A stretch of DNA of 64,000 nucleotides. It comes from Ruditapes philippinarum (Eukaryota). The DNA lies in the NCBI RefSeq assembly GCF_026571515.1, contig NW_026858411.1, forward strand, positions 124,001 through 188,000, read 5' to 3'. Each line of letters starts with the position of its first letter. The first letter of the stretch is position 1. Positions 38,171 through 53,208 of the stretch are shown one piece after another. Below the pieces are notes generated by a model, which was not told where the DNA came from, did no database searches, and saw nothing but the letters and a program-made list of their open reading frames with translations. The translations under genes and the position numbers were made by a program.

Positions 38171-40464
38171 GCTTTTGGAATGAAAATACATGTAGAAGTA
38201 AAATGGGCCTAAATGATCAAATATATCGTTAATTGTTGGACTATAGTTATACTCTTATTTAAAAGTATATTGTTACTGACATAACCCTTCGAATGACAGA
38301 GTAAATGGACCTTTACGATAAACTGATTTTAATGAGAATTACATAAGGCTTGCCTTAATATGTTAAATATTCTTACAGCTGTATGGTCTTTATGAGTTTA
38401 ACGTAGTTCGAACTAGCAATAATTATAATTTATTTCTCAGCTGGTCCTTTGTATTTCAATTTTTATATTGTTAAGTGTGTTTGATGAACACAATGTAAGT
38501 TATAACGGCTCTGTAAATGTCATATGTACAGTTTTCAGCTTTACTGGCGTAGAGAACCTCGTGTGTTCCTACGTGCATTATTTCAGACATAGACGGGCAC
38601 ATTAGTTAATGTTAAGTAGCAAGAAAGCGTCATCTGATGACAGAATCCAATTCAAACACAGAACGGTTAGAAGCAGAGACTTGAAGCCATTTGGAAAAAG
38701 AGCGATATATTATCCGTTTATATTTTGTCCCATGATAAAGATATAAACTTAAAATGAGAAACAGAAGCTCTGGAAGGTTTGATTACCCTAAAGCATGTTT
38801 AACCGTAAATGTCACGGAACGAATATGTAACACGAGTCAAAATGTTAAAACTATCATGAATGATACGTTTGTGTCATTGAATACGGTACGTGTAGTTTCG
38901 ACAAAGACTCATTGTGACATGTCTTTGTTAACTAACTTGTAGGAATTTTGATATTCATATTTCGAGTATCAGATTTTATTCAACTGCCGTCACCTATGAA
39001 AAATAAGATGAATGTGTCTGTATGTTTGTTTTTACTATAATTGTATAATTGTTTCTATTCTTAGTATGCATTATGTTTTATTCGGTTTCATGATGTGGTT
39101 GAAAACGTCATAAGAAAAAATCATTTAATTCCGAGTACTGAGAACAATTACAATGTTTTGAAACATGAAAATATATTGGTAATGCGATATGCAGTATTTG
39201 GTTTATACTATTCATATCTGACGGCATACGACATGATAAGCAAATCTTATTTTAGCACATTGTAGATATTGTTTACTCACACAATAGTCGTAAATGTTTA
39301 ATAGGGCGGTAATGTTTATTCGATTAGTAGGAAATATAAACTCATTTAAGTTTGTTCAACATGTTCAGAGATTGAAATTGGCACACTACTATGTCACTGA
39401 CTTTTTTAAGTTCTTTTGTTAATTAAAGTTGCTGCATTTTATAATTGTTGCGTTGGTGATAACTATTCAAAATTATATATATAATTTGTCCATTTACAAC
39501 ATAAAACAACGTATGATGTAATGCAAATGACATGAGACATGAGCCAACAAATAAGGCATTGACTGACATACACGAGACACGATATAATCCAGACCATTTG
39601 AGACATGATATAACCAATATGAGCTAAACCAAATCACATGCAATTAAAACCAGTAGATATATAAATCAACCGATATAAGTTGTAAATAAAACTAACATCA
39701 TACAAGATGAAACCCACATCTAACCAACATCACACATATTCCAAAGCACATGACTCGTGCAAATGATGTTTTTGTTTCAATATGACTGAACAAGCTATTC
39801 TTATCAAACAGTATTCTTAGAATAATTATGCTAATATGTTCATGTACTATGTCTGCTTAGAAGGTAATTCAAATAGGCTGGAATATCTATAATTGCATTG
39901 AAACTAAGGTGTCTGTGTTCAAACCTAAAAAGAGTCAACTTTTTAATAAAAAAATCGGCATTACAATTTTAGTCAAACATGGTTGCAAGTAAAAAAATGC
40001 TGCATTCCATGTTATTCAATCCAGATATTGTTTGTAGCAAAATAAGGAATTGTTTTATAACAAATGAGCACAGAACATAGTACATAAATTTCGAGTGGCA
40101 AAAGTGAAATGTCTGGCAAACTTTATTTTGGTTCCATATTCGAACAGCATTAAATATTTCATGAAATCAGTGTCTTCGTGAGTTATGGAAAAAAAATGAA
40201 AAAAGAAACTATCAAACTGATAACGATATAATCAATAAGTTACTGAGCTTAAATATAATGTGTTTATTATTTTTGTTGGTATCATTTACCTTCATTGACT
40301 TAACATTGTTTTACATGTACTTGCAACTATTGATAAGTTCACAATGATAAGTGTTTCAACTTTAAGAAGGTATCTTGGTGTCCTTGTTTTAGAAATTGAG
40401 AAAACTCGATCCACATTTAACTTAATTATAATTATTCGCTTCTTATTTTTCAGCTTCCGGATCA

Positions 40465-43400
40465 TTAGACTCCGAATTCAATCGCAGATTTAACGAGATC
40501 CGGTTTAGTGCTGTCCTCCAACGTCAAAAGTGTTACCCATGAATCAGTCATCACCGATATTGGAACCTTGTCGTCAATTGGATGGTAGTCCTCGAAGAAC
40601 TTTTCATCCAATGGGCTGTTATTGTGACCGCCAGTCTTCAAAATGACCTCAAATTCTTCCTTTGTGATACTTCCATCATTGTTAGTATCAACAATGTTAC
40701 CAATCATATTATTGCACGTATACATCATCTTTCTAAACACCTTTTTATCTGTCTCCCATTTGTTGCTCATCCCCTCTATGAAATCAGATTCGGTCAGTTC
40801 AGATTTTCCAAAGAGAACACATTCAGTCCACCATTTTCCAAACTGATTCAGAATTGTCTTTTTTTCGGCATCACTTAGATGATTTAAGTTGCTAAACCTT
40901 GACCTGTTTTGGGAGAAGAAAACAAAACATGTCATGTTTGAAATGATCTACATACTAAATAAATCACAATTATAAGAATACGATAAACCCTTCACTCGTT
41001 GTAGTGTTATTACATTTGTTTATTCCCAATATTTAGAAATTCCCATGCTTGAGTATATTGTATTTGTAGGTACATTTATTCTTTATTAATATGAATAAAA
41101 CACGCACTTACATTTCATCGTATTAATTTAAAATGTTTTCCAGAAAACCGAATAAAACCCACGCTTTTGTATACTTAAATGTGTTTTTCGTCTTTATTTC
41201 ATTATAATAATAAAATCTTTCTTTTTGTATACATGTATTTGTTTAGAATTTTAAATATAATTGATTGTTCCCCTTATCATGACATAAAACTACACAAATT
41301 CCATACTACTCGATTTAATAATAAGATATAAGATTTAAGATAAGTCACGAATAATAACATTTAATGAGATCGAATTTGCAAAACACACTTTTATGCAATA
41401 GAAAGAAAAAGAATAAACAATCATCTAAAAATCTCATAGTTTCCAGTATCCTAGCTACTAGAAAGTTTATGTGCTTTGGTAAAAAGAATATAATAACTGT
41501 GAAATAACCTTTGCAGATCGCCATCGCTAAAGTCGACTTTACCATCCTCATTAATATCAAACCACGTGTACAATAATTTCCATTTAGATACTAGAAAATC
41601 TAACGCCTGAAATTAAAATACAGTTTGACTCGTATATTTACACGCAAGCAATTTGTATAACTTAGTGTTTTAAGAGTAAAAACTAGGCTTAGCAAATATT
41701 GTTTTTTACAGAAAATAACGTATCTCGTATCATAGTATGATGCCGATGGATTTGACAACGAGAACTAGCAACAAATACAATAAGGTTGTGCCAAAAGTAT
41801 AGTGTACGCTTTGTCTGTTCAAAAGTCTCAAAATACTTAGAATAGTTCAGGTAATTGGTTGTTATAAAGTTCCAATTTGTTGCTTTCTCAAAAAATGATT
41901 ATTTATAAAAAATATATTCTTTAACTTTAATCCATTTCAATAGAATTATAGATATGGATAGTTAATGAACTTACGTCATTATATCATTTACATGTACTAG
42001 AAATAAAGAAATTGCAAAACTTACCTTAATTTAAAATCGTTTCCCAGGTTTCATAATGAAAGAAGTACATATTAATTATTATATTATATTGATAATTTTG
42101 ATGACTAACAACAAAAGCTACCTGCTATTAACTGTTATGGTATGTTGCTCAGATAGAAGCGAATAAGGTGTTTGATACATTCACGACCGCGAGCTCAATA
42201 TGGTCTCCAAACAATACAGCTCGGAAGAATCGTTATATATTGATAGAAATATGTCAATGAATTCCTTCTTTGTGATGAATGCGGAAATATCTATAACTGA
42301 ATTCTTTTAAAGAATTTCAAGTCGTTAACAACTTTTTAGGTTTAGCATCTTAGGCTTTTTTTAGAAATTTTATCATGCTGTTTTCTTTTATTCTTATCCA
42401 ATTTTCAATCCTGATCTTTATATTTTGATTAAATTCTTAACTGAAATACATGAATAGAGATACATCTGTCATAAATCGTCTCAAGCGTCGCAATAATAAG
42501 CATGTATCGTATCAAGCATTGCAAAAATTGCCATGTGCATGTACATTGTCAAGCTTCGCGATATAGTTGTCATGCGTCGTATCAAGCATCGTGAAATTGG
42601 CATGTATTGTATCAAGCATCACTATAATTATCATGTATTGTATCAAGCATCGCGAAAATTATCATGAATTGTATTAAGCATCGCTATAATTATCATGTAT
42701 TGTATCAATCGTCTATATAATTATCATGCATTTTATCATGCATCGCGAAATTTGCCATGAATTGCATCAAGCGTCGCTATAAATCTCATGTATAATATCA
42801 AGTTTCGCGAAAATTGTCACGTGTTGTATCGTCATGTACCGTATCAAACATCGCTATAATTATCATGTATTGCATCAAGCATCGCGAAAATTATCATGAG
42901 TTGTATTCTGCATCGCAAAATTATGTCATATATTGTATCAAGCATTGCGAAAATTGTAATGTTTATTGTCAAGCATCGCGGTAATTGTCATTTATGGCAT
43001 CAAGTGTCGCTTTTAGGGCCATGTTTCGTATCAAGCATTTGTGAATATTGTCATGTTTATTGTCAAGAGTCGCGATAGTTGTCATTTCAAGCCAAACGGC
43101 ATTTTGCCAGGTAATGTATCACCGGATTCGTGTTACGTGTTATGTGTGGACATCCAAATGAAACTTATTATACTTAAGATGGAACCAACCTGATTTCGTA
43201 CATATTTTACATATGAGAATGTAATGATTAGTAAAAATATGTGACACCTTATAGATGGTAAGCATATTTATCTAATTGTGCTGATTCGAATGTTAGTTAC
43301 AATAACAAAAGTTCTGTCACAGTCACACAAACATTTTACACTGATTTTGTCTCAATAATGGCAAGGAAACAATATGTCTTCTGAACAAAGAATAATATAC

Positions 43401-44172
43401 AATTACCTTGTTAGACATTTTTCCTGGCTTGGAAGCAACTTCATCTGTTACAATTGAGAAATGAAAAAGTGAGAGAATTATAGTTAAGTACTTCAGTACT
43501 TAGATAATAATTAAGATAAAAATGTGCGTAAAGCATTTGGTGAAAATGAAATTAAATTCGTTTGAAAAACAGTCCATGTAAAACTTGTGTAAAATATATC
43601 AAATGTAATGATCTCCCGTCAAAAACAATTATAGAAATAAAAAAAAACTTAAAAAGGAAATAAAATAAAAAAGAAGACTCCTTTTGTAAATTAATTTGCA
43701 ACATATTTGAAACATTTATTTAAAAAATTATTAACATATTTGTACATAAAAACATAAAAGTATTAATCTTAAGATCTAAAATTATTTGTAGCATATTTAC
43801 AACGTTATGAATAACAATAAAAATGCATGTGAAATAATATGCTAGTTGCCGAAGGCAATTAGTAGAAATGAAATTCACTTCCCTTGAGAAACAGACAGTA
43901 TGATAAATTGTGTAAAATATACAAAAATTATCTCCCGTCAAAAAATGAAAACGTATAAAAACAGGAAGGAAAGAAGACTCTTATAGTAAATTTATTTGCA
44001 GCATATTTTGAAACATTCATTTAAAAAATATTTACATAGTTGTATGTAAAAGAATTAGTCTGAAGATTTTAAAACTTGTAAAAGCTTGACAAAAAAGTAC
44101 TTGCGTTACAATGGTATACTGTGAAAACAACATAAGCTTTTACGAATATTTTACGAAACAATTACTTACCAT
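40465..44172 (-). CDS. SCP-like EF-hand protein (copy B1, 179 aa, ATG-only first exon)
   Basis: Exons 44170-44172 (ATG|GTAAGT), 41509-41606 (ALDFLVSKWKLLYTWFDINEDGKVDFSDGDLQR) and 40465-40903. EF3 is DTNNDGSITKEE. TATA-like box at about 44296. Confidence 0.88.
42468..43085. repeat. Degenerate copy of the 30-bp minisatellite in the B1 intron
   Basis: tgtatcaagcatcgc(ta/ga)aaattatcatg units, at the position orthologous to 9590-11220. Confidence 0.9.
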
Positions 44173-45536
44173 TTAAGTTTAAAGCCAAGAAAAGATAAAT
44201 CGTACTGTACAGTATAATCTGCATGACAGTGATTTTCCTCCTAAATAATTAACACAAGTGTAAACTAGCTCTGTAACGAGCTTATATTTTCTGTCTATAT
44301 ATACAGCATATTTTATGTTGGATTTTAATTAGTTAAGACATGTTTCTTTGTTTTCCAATTTAGTCACCTTTTGATGCAATATGTAATATTTATTTACCGG
44401 TAGATGTGGCATTTACTGGATAAATACATTTTAATCGATACTTTTGATCTTCCGTTAGTTTAAAGAAGTTTAATTCAAATAAGTTCCTTTCATCTTTATT
44501 GAAGAAATATTAAAACTTTAAAGCAAATTCGGCTTTCATGTTTAGAATGAGTATTAATAAATAGATTTCCTTCCTGTCGTATTGATTCCTATCAAGATTT
44601 ACCGATTCATATATATTTTCGTATGTTACTCTGCAGCTGTGGATTATTTCCTTCAGAAACAGATAGAGAATAATGTATTGTATATATAAGGTAGTGTTTT
44701 AATATATTATTTTTCATGAGCAGACATAATCAAACCGAACCTTTTTATTTACTTTATTTTGCTGTTTAAATGTTTCTTAGCGATTTCCCCTTTTGGAAAT
44801 TTTAATACTTTACAACACCCAATATCGAATGTCGTATGGCAGCTGTAATGAATTTGTGACAACTGTGAATAATCTTCACGAACTTCACATCTGTGTCATA
44901 TGTTATTCTGCTCCTTCGAGTATTCTTTTATGATTAAATAATGCTTAAGCCGGTGCTAGGGAACGTGAGAGATGTAGCACTTTCACGTTACCTCTAATGA
45001 ACGGGTTTAATCAAACCGAGTATGCAATTTTCATAACAAATGTGGTTTTTATTTGTTTAGGGGGATCTCACCATTTCAAGATTTTTTTTCATTATTTCTG
45101 CTTCACTTATGAATGTATAATACATGTATATAATCTACACTTGCACCTGTCATTTTACTACTTTATAAATGACAAAGAAGTAAAATAAGCTTTGAAATGA
45201 TGTGTCCTTCGTTGTTTTACGTTGATTTTATCTTGATAAGTAACTTATTCTAACAGCTGCAAGCTGCATTCTATTCTCTTCATTGTTTGTTTCTAGTCAC
45301 AATTCAAAGTTATTTGTCAGACAGATGTTCGGTTGTATTTTCATGTCATGTCCTATACTATATCATTTAAAACAAAATGGTTCTTGACAAATGTATATTG
45401 CAATATATAGTATAAAGAACCGGTGTTGTCATAATGTCCTCGTGCTTGTGCGATGTCATTAGATAAGTATGTTTTGATAGGCCGACATTGCAGTAAACTG
45501 TTTGAACTGGCTTCCCTAGTCATACATCTTAAAACC

Positions 45537-45740
45537 CATTAAACCATTTACAGTCAACATTCTGTCGATTCAAACAAATCTATATGATCATTATTTGATA
45601 TCACACCATCTACATCAGCGTCAATTAAATTACATACAAGATTCTCGTTTTCCGACATTCTTTTGATAAACATTTCTTTAGTTGACTCAGGTGCCTTTCT
45701 CTGGTACTGAGCAAATTCGGATTTCGTGAGTTGTGACTGT
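45537..45740 (-). pseudogene. Decayed fragment of an A-type SCP last exon
   Basis: Duplicate of 37955-38170 with further deletions. Confidence 0.8.
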
Positions 45741-47890
45741 TTAAGGAATGATCAAATATAAATGATCAAATATATCGTTAATTGTTGGACTTTAGATATA
45801 ATCTTATTTTAAAAAATATTGTAACTGTCATAACCCTTCAAAGGAAACAGTAAATTGACCTTTACGATAAGCTGATTTTAATGAGATCGACATCTTTGAT
45901 GCCTTAATATGTTAATTATTCTTACAGCTGTACGGTTTTCACGAGTTTTACGTAGTTGAAACTTGCAATGATTATAATTTATTTCTCAGCTGGCCGTCTG
46001 TATTTCCATTTTTATATTGTGTTAGTGTGTTTGATGGATATATTGTAATTCATTCCGGCCCTGTAAATGTAAATGGCAAGTTTTCAGCTTTACTGATGGA
46101 GAGAACCTCATGTTTCTCTTCGTGCATTGTTTCAGACATGAGCGGGCACATGGGTTAAAGTTAACTAGCAAGAAAGCTTCATCTGATGACAGAATCCAAT
46201 CTAAACACACAGCGGTTAAGAGCAGAGACTTGAAGCCACTTGGCAATAGAGGGACAAATTTTCCGTTTATAATTATGTACCATGATACAGATATAAACAT
46301 AAAATGATAACCAGAAGCTCTGGAAAGTTCGATAACACTAAGCATGTAAATGTCTCGGAACGAATGTGTGACAAATGAGAATACAAATCAACAAGGCAAG
46401 GCAACGTTCACAGAACGCATATCCCGACACAATCTAGCCGCACCAGCAGAGCACCCAGTAGACACTGGAAGAGAACACAGGGGCGGTGATATAGTTATAT
46501 CTTTAAAGATATTTTGTGTCATTGAATATGGTACGTGTAATTTCGACAAAGACTTATTTGACATGCCTTTGATAACTAACTTGAAGGAATTTCGATATTT
46601 CTATTTCGAGAATCACATTTTATTCAACTACCATCACCTACATAAAATTACCTTAATTGCTTCGTTTGTTTTGCTATAATTGTATTGTGTTTTGTTTTAT
46701 TTTAAATATGCTTTATGTTTTATTTAGTTACATGATTTGTTTAAAAGAACAAACATTTAAATACAAATACTGAGAACAATAATATTGTTTTGAAACACTA
46801 AAATATATAGTGAATGAGATATTCATATTGAAGTTTTGTCGTAAATTAAGATTATATACAGAAATTTCACATAAATTTCACAAGTTACTGATATTAAAGT
46901 GCTAAAACTGAGCAGGATATTCCAATATTATTCAAATTAAAAATACTTGAAGAACTGTATCGTTTCCACGGGCATTGCAATTTTCAAAAAGTGAATGTAA
47001 TAACATGGCTTTCTGCAGCCATTAATGAAATTTATTCCATAAGATCTCAGATCGATCTCACTTCTTTGTGATCAGCATACAAAATTTATGGCTACATATA
47101 TTTATACTTTCATTACATATTTGTAACCTATTAACTTACATAAGGGCTACGTTCATCATCGTTTTATAATTTTTGTTTCAATATGACTGAAAAAGCTATT
47201 CTAAGCAAACAGTATATTTAAACATAATGTGATACTAGTATCTGATTTATTATGCTAATATGTTTATGTACTACTTCTGCTTATAAGGATTCAAATCAGG
47301 CTAGTATTACTTCAACTGCATTGAAACTGAGGTTTCTGTGTTCAATCCTAAAAAGAGTCGACGTTTTAATAAAGAAACCGGCATTGCTGTTTAAGCTGAA
47401 CATTGTTGGAAGTTAAAAAATGCTGTACACCATGTAATTCAATCCAGATATCGTTTGTAGCAAACAAAATAAAGAATTGTTTTATAACATATGAGCAAAG
47501 AACATAGTACATAAATTTCGAGTGGCAAAAGTGAAAAGTCTGGCAAACTTTATTTTGGTTCCATATTTGAACAGCATTAAACATTTTATGAAATCAGTGT
47601 CTTCGTGAATTTTGGAAAACTAAAACAAAAAAACTATCAAACTGATAACGATATAATCAATAAGCTACGGAGCTTAAATATAATGTGTTTATTATTTTTA
47701 TTGGTATCATTCACCTTCATTGACTTAACATTCCATTGTTTTACATGTACTTGCAACTATTGATAGTTCGCAATGATAAGTGATTCAATTTTAAGAAGGT
47801 ATCTTGGTGTCCTTGTTTTAGAAATTTAGAAAAAAAGATCCACTTTTAAATTAATTATAATTATTCGCTGGCTTTTTCACCTTCCGGAAC

Positions 47891-50800
47891 TTAGACTCCG
47901 AATTCAATCGCAGATTTAACGAGATCCGGTTTAGTGCTGTCCTCGCACGTCAAAAGTGTTACCCATGAATCAGCCATCACCCTTATTGGAACCTTGCCGT
48001 CAATTGGATGGTAGTCCTCGAAGAATTTTTCATCCATTGGGTTGTTGTTGTGACCGCCAGACTTCAAAATGACACTGAATTCTTCCTTTGTGATACTTCC
48101 ATCATTGTTAGTATCAACAATGTTACCAATCATATCATGGCACGTATACATCATCTTTACAAACACATTTTTATTTGTCTTCCATTTGTTGCTCATCAGC
48201 TCTATGAAATCAGATTCTGTCAGTTCAGATTTTCCAAAGAGAAGACATTCAGTCCACCATTTTCCAAACTGATTCAGAAGTGTCTTTTTTTCGTCATCAC
48301 CTAGATGATTTAAGGTAATAAACCTAGACCTGTTTGGGAGGAGAAAGCAACGTGTCGTGTGTGAAATTATCTACATATTGAATAAATCACAGTTAAGTCA
48401 TTCACTTATAATCTTTGTAGTGTTATTACAAGTGTTTATTGTCAATACTTGAGAGAAAAAACACGATTGGGTATATCGTCTTTAAAGGTGCATTTATTCT
48501 TCATTAATATCATGAATAAAACACGTACTTCAGTTTTATCGTATTATAATGTATTTCAGATAATCGAATAAAACCCACGCCTTTGTATATTTAAAAGTGT
48601 TTTTCGTATTTATATTACATGTATTTAAATAAAATATTTGCTTTTGTATATTGGTTAAGAAATTCTCCCTGATAATGAAATAAATAACTGACCGGCTTTT
48701 GTATATTTGTTTGTTCCCCTAATCATGAAATAAAAAATAATGACGAAAAATCGATCTTATTCAATTTTTTATTTGATTAGATAAATCACGAATAATATCA
48801 TTTAATGAGATCAAATTTGCGAAACATACTTTTATGCAAGTTTGTATTTCAAAAGAAAGAAAAGGAACAAACAATCAACCAAAAAAATCTGATAATTTGC
48901 AGTATCCTAGCTACTCGAAAGTTTATTTTCTTTAAAATTTATTTATTTAAAGATTATAATAACTGTGAAATAACCTTTGCAGATCGCCATCGCCAAAGTC
49001 GACTTTACCATCTTCATTAATATCAAACCACGAGTACCATAATTTCCATTTAGATACTAGAAAATCCAAAGCCTGAAATGGAAATACAATTTGACTCGTA
49101 TATTTAAACGCAGACAATTTGTATAACTTAGTAAGTGTTTTAAGAGTTAAAATTAGACATATTCGGTAACTTTAGCAAATATTGTTTATTTGTTGTTTTT
49201 TTTCCAGAAAAATAACTTATCTCGTATCATCGTATGATGCCGATGGATTTAACAACGAGAACTCGCTACAAATACAATAAAGTTGTGCCAAAAGTATAGT
49301 GGCCGCTTTGTCTGTTCAAAAGTCTCAAAATACTTAGAATAGTTCAGGTAATTGGTTGTTATAAAGTTCCAATTTGTTGCTTTCTCAAAAAATGATTATT
49401 TATAAAAAAAATATGAACTTTAACTTAAATGGATTTTCTATAGAATTAGAGATGTGGATAGTTAATGAACCTACGTCATTATATCGTTCACATTTACTAG
49501 AAAAATACTACAAATTGCAAAACTTACCTTCATTTAAAATCTGTCCCATGTTTCATAATTCGACTTTGTATTGAGAGGACTACATGTATATTATGATATC
49601 ATATTGATAAATATATTATTATATGATGATATATTACAAAAACTTACAGCTATTAAATGTTAAAATAGAGAAAAACGGAATCCCTAATGAAAGCTCATCA
49701 CGGCAAAATTGAAATGTTGCAGGCTCGGTTTGATTGAGCCTGTTCATGGACGGTACTGCCACGTGTGCACTACCGTCCACGCCCACTAGCACCGGCTGAA
49801 GCAGAATTCAACATTAAAACACGAAAATTGTTAAATTTTGAATTTAGAAACATCCGCAGATGTGTTCATACATCGGCTATCATAGAACATACAATGTGAC
49901 ACAGTAGAGCCATTCCATAAAAAAGCTGCGTATGGCCCCCAATTAAAAACCGCCATTAAAAACAAATATGTAAAACAATGAGCGGAACTAAATAAAATGG
50001 AATTTTGAAAGGGGATCTGAGGTTATGAAGCCTGCATATCACAGACAAGTGTGATATTGCTTAGATGAAAGCAAATATGGTGTTTGACACATTCACGACC
50101 GCGAGCTCAGTATGGTCTCCAAATAAAACAGCTCGGAAGAATCGTTATATTCTACGAAAAACGGTTTCAATGAATTCCTACTTAGTGATGAAAGTGGAAG
50201 TACCTATAACTGAATTCTTTTAAAAAAATTCAAGTCATAATTATCTTATAGGTTTTGCTTATTATCTTATAAGTTTTCATATAGATATTTTATCATGCTT
50301 TTATTCTTATCTAATTTTAAATCCTGATCTACATATTTTGATTAATAAAAATGATATTAACCATATTTATCTAATTGTGCTGATTCAAATGTTAGTTACA
50401 ATAACAAAAGTACTGTCACAATCATACAATCATTTTACAGTGATTTTGTCTCAATAATGGCGAAGTAGTATTGGGAAGGAAACAATATGTCTTCGTGAAC
50501 AAATAAAAATATACAATTACCTTGTTAGAATTTGTTCCGGGCATAGAAGCAGCTTCCTCTGTTACAATTGAGAAATGAAAATGTGAAAGGATTAAGGTTA
50601 AGTACTTCAGAACTTCACAATGTCTTAGATAATAATCAAAATACGTGTGAAATTATGCGTAAAGCATTTGGCGAAAATGGAATTCAATTAGTTGAAAACA
50701 GTCCATATAAAATGTTTGTAAAATATGTTAAATATATCGTATCTTCCGTCAAAAATTAAATGGTAATACGTATTAAGGAAGGGAAAATAATAAAAATAAT

Positions 50801-50965
50801 ACATGTACTCTTATAATTTGCAGCATATTTTGAAACATTCATTTAAAAATATTTACATATTTGTATATAAAGGAATTAGTCCTAAGATTTTAAAACTTGT
50901 AATAGTTTGACAAATAAAGTACTTATAAGCTTTCAAGAGTATTTTACGAAAAAATTACTTACCAT
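47891..50965 (-). CDS. SCP-like EF-hand protein (copy B2, 179 aa, ATG-only first exon)
   Basis: Exons 50963-50965 (ATG|GTAAGT), 48975-49072 (ALDFLVSKWKLWYSWFDINEDGKVDFGDGDLQR) and 47891-48329. Confidence 0.88.
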
Positions 50966-53208
50966 TTAAACTTAAAGCCAATAAAAAAATAAATCGTACT
51001 GTACAGTATAATATGCATGACAGTGATTTTCCTGTAAACTAGCTCTGTAATAAGCTTATACTTTCCGTCTATATATGCAGCATATTTCATGTAGGATATA
51101 AATTAGTTAAGATATGTTTGTTTGTTTTCCAATTAAGTCACGTTTTGATGCAATATGTAGATATTTATTTACTGGTAGATGTGCCATTTATTTGATAATT
51201 AAATTTTCTAACCAATACTTTTGATCTTCCGTTAATTTAAAGCAGTTTAATTCAGATAAGTTTCTTTCATCTGTATTAAAAAAAATATTAAAACTTAAAA
51301 GCAAATGAGTCTTTCTTGCTTAGAATGAGTAATAATAAATGGATTTCCTTTTTCCTGTCGTATTGATTCCTATCAAGATTTACCGATTGAAATATATTTT
51401 CGTATGTTACTCTGCAACTGTGGATTATTTTTCTTCAGAAACAGATAGAAAATCTATATAAATATATATAAGGTAGTGTTTTATTATATTATTTTTCATG
51501 AGCAAACATAATCAAACCGAACCTTTTTATTTACTTCATTTTGCTGTTTCTGAAGGATTTCCCCTTTTAGAAATTTTAATACTTTACAACACAAAATGTC
51601 GACCCTGGTGTGGCAGCTGTAAAGTTTATAGGCATGAGAGATAGTTTTCGAGGTATCTCACTATTTCAAGATTATTTTCATTATTTCTACTTCACTTATG
51701 AATGTATAATAAATAATCCACACTTGCACATGTCATTTTACTACTTTATAAATGAAAAAAAGGAAAGTAAACTCTGAAATGATGTGTCTTTCGTTGTTTT
51801 ACGTTGATTTATCTTGATATGTAAATTATTCTAACATTCTAACAGCTGCAAGCTGCATTCTATTCTCTTTATTGTTTGTTGCTAGTCACAATTCAAAGTT
51901 ATTTGTCAGCTTTGCGGATGTATTTTCATGTCTAGAACTATATTGAATTTATATTGATTTATCCGCACAGAAGCAACATTAGTACCATCATGATCTACTT
52001 TAGCCATCTGTATCTTTTCACAGGTTTTCCTTTGGTAAGGGTTTTAACTAAAATTATAGCTAGAAGCTCTGTGAAAATCAAGTCTTAAACCACTAAAGCG
52101 TGTATCTTTAATATATAAATTTGGAAAAAAATCTCCCGAGAACAATGAAAACATAGTATCAAAATGGAAATTGCAGACACGCTTTTTTTAATCAATCTGT
52201 TTATGATTGAAAATGAGAAGTGCAACATCTCTCACGTCCCCTAGCACCGGCTTAAGCAGTATTTAATTATAATAAGATACTCAAAGGAGCAGAATAACAT
52301 AAGACACAGATGTGAAGTTCGTGGAAAATTTTCACAGTTGTCAAAATCCATTCCTGCTGTTAACTGGGGTAGGGGCGTGAAAATTGTTTTGATTTCCAAG
52401 TTTCACTTTTGACTTTGTTTTTACTGCTATTAAGTATTCTCCCGTTTTCTAGATTTCAGTAAAAATATTTGAATTCCAAGCTGTTGTAAAGATTACAGTG
52501 TCAAGTGGAAAAAGGTTTTGCTTAATGTAAGTTTCCACACTTGACATATGTGATATATTCGTTTCGATACAAAATGGAAAAACAACAATTCAAACGAATG
52601 TATTGTTTTACTATAGATAAATGCCAAATGCAATGTCAGATATGAAACTAACATGTTACATATTCGATCTATGGCATAAACGTTGAAACAAATAAATTTC
52701 TTTGTATTGAAAATTATCCATTTTAGGATATAAAAGGTTTCTTCTTGGGAAATAAAGTGAAACAGACGTTAACACGTTCTTTATTATGCAAGCTTTCATA
52801 GCATTCATCATTTCTGCGGCTTAGCTCTAAGAATAAAACTTCCGTATTCCTTTTAATAAAAAGTAGATCAAAAACATTGAAATTAAATTCAAATCAATAT
52901 TTATTGCATCAAAGTATACATACATTTGTATTCCTAGCAATTAATAATAATATAAAACATATCGATCATATTCGTGACTATAAGTACATATCATTGATAA
53001 AATCATGGTAAAAAATGGCCATTGTAGAATAAACGTCCTTTATTACAAAAGAAAATCGAATCAAATGAAAAGTATTTTATCGACTTTATTTCATAATCAT
53101 ATAAAGCATGTATTATTTCCAAATATGTCACTAATGATCAGCCGATTAGAGTACTTAATGTTTCGAACATCATATTGTATATCAAACAATACGCTAGCAA
53201 TGAAGTTC

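Larger units (their letters stand above)
37830..51930. repeat. Segmental tandem duplication, two ~7-kb units (about 37830-45400 and 45420-51930)
   Basis: Collinear homology of pseudo-exon, SINE block, B gene exons and introns, and upstream region. A third partial copy lies at about 340-13100. Confidence 0.85.

Noticed and set aside
41715-41770. Additional coding exon in the B1/B2 first intron
   Set aside because: No frame and splice-site combination is conserved between the two paralogs; the ATG-only exon explains the start.
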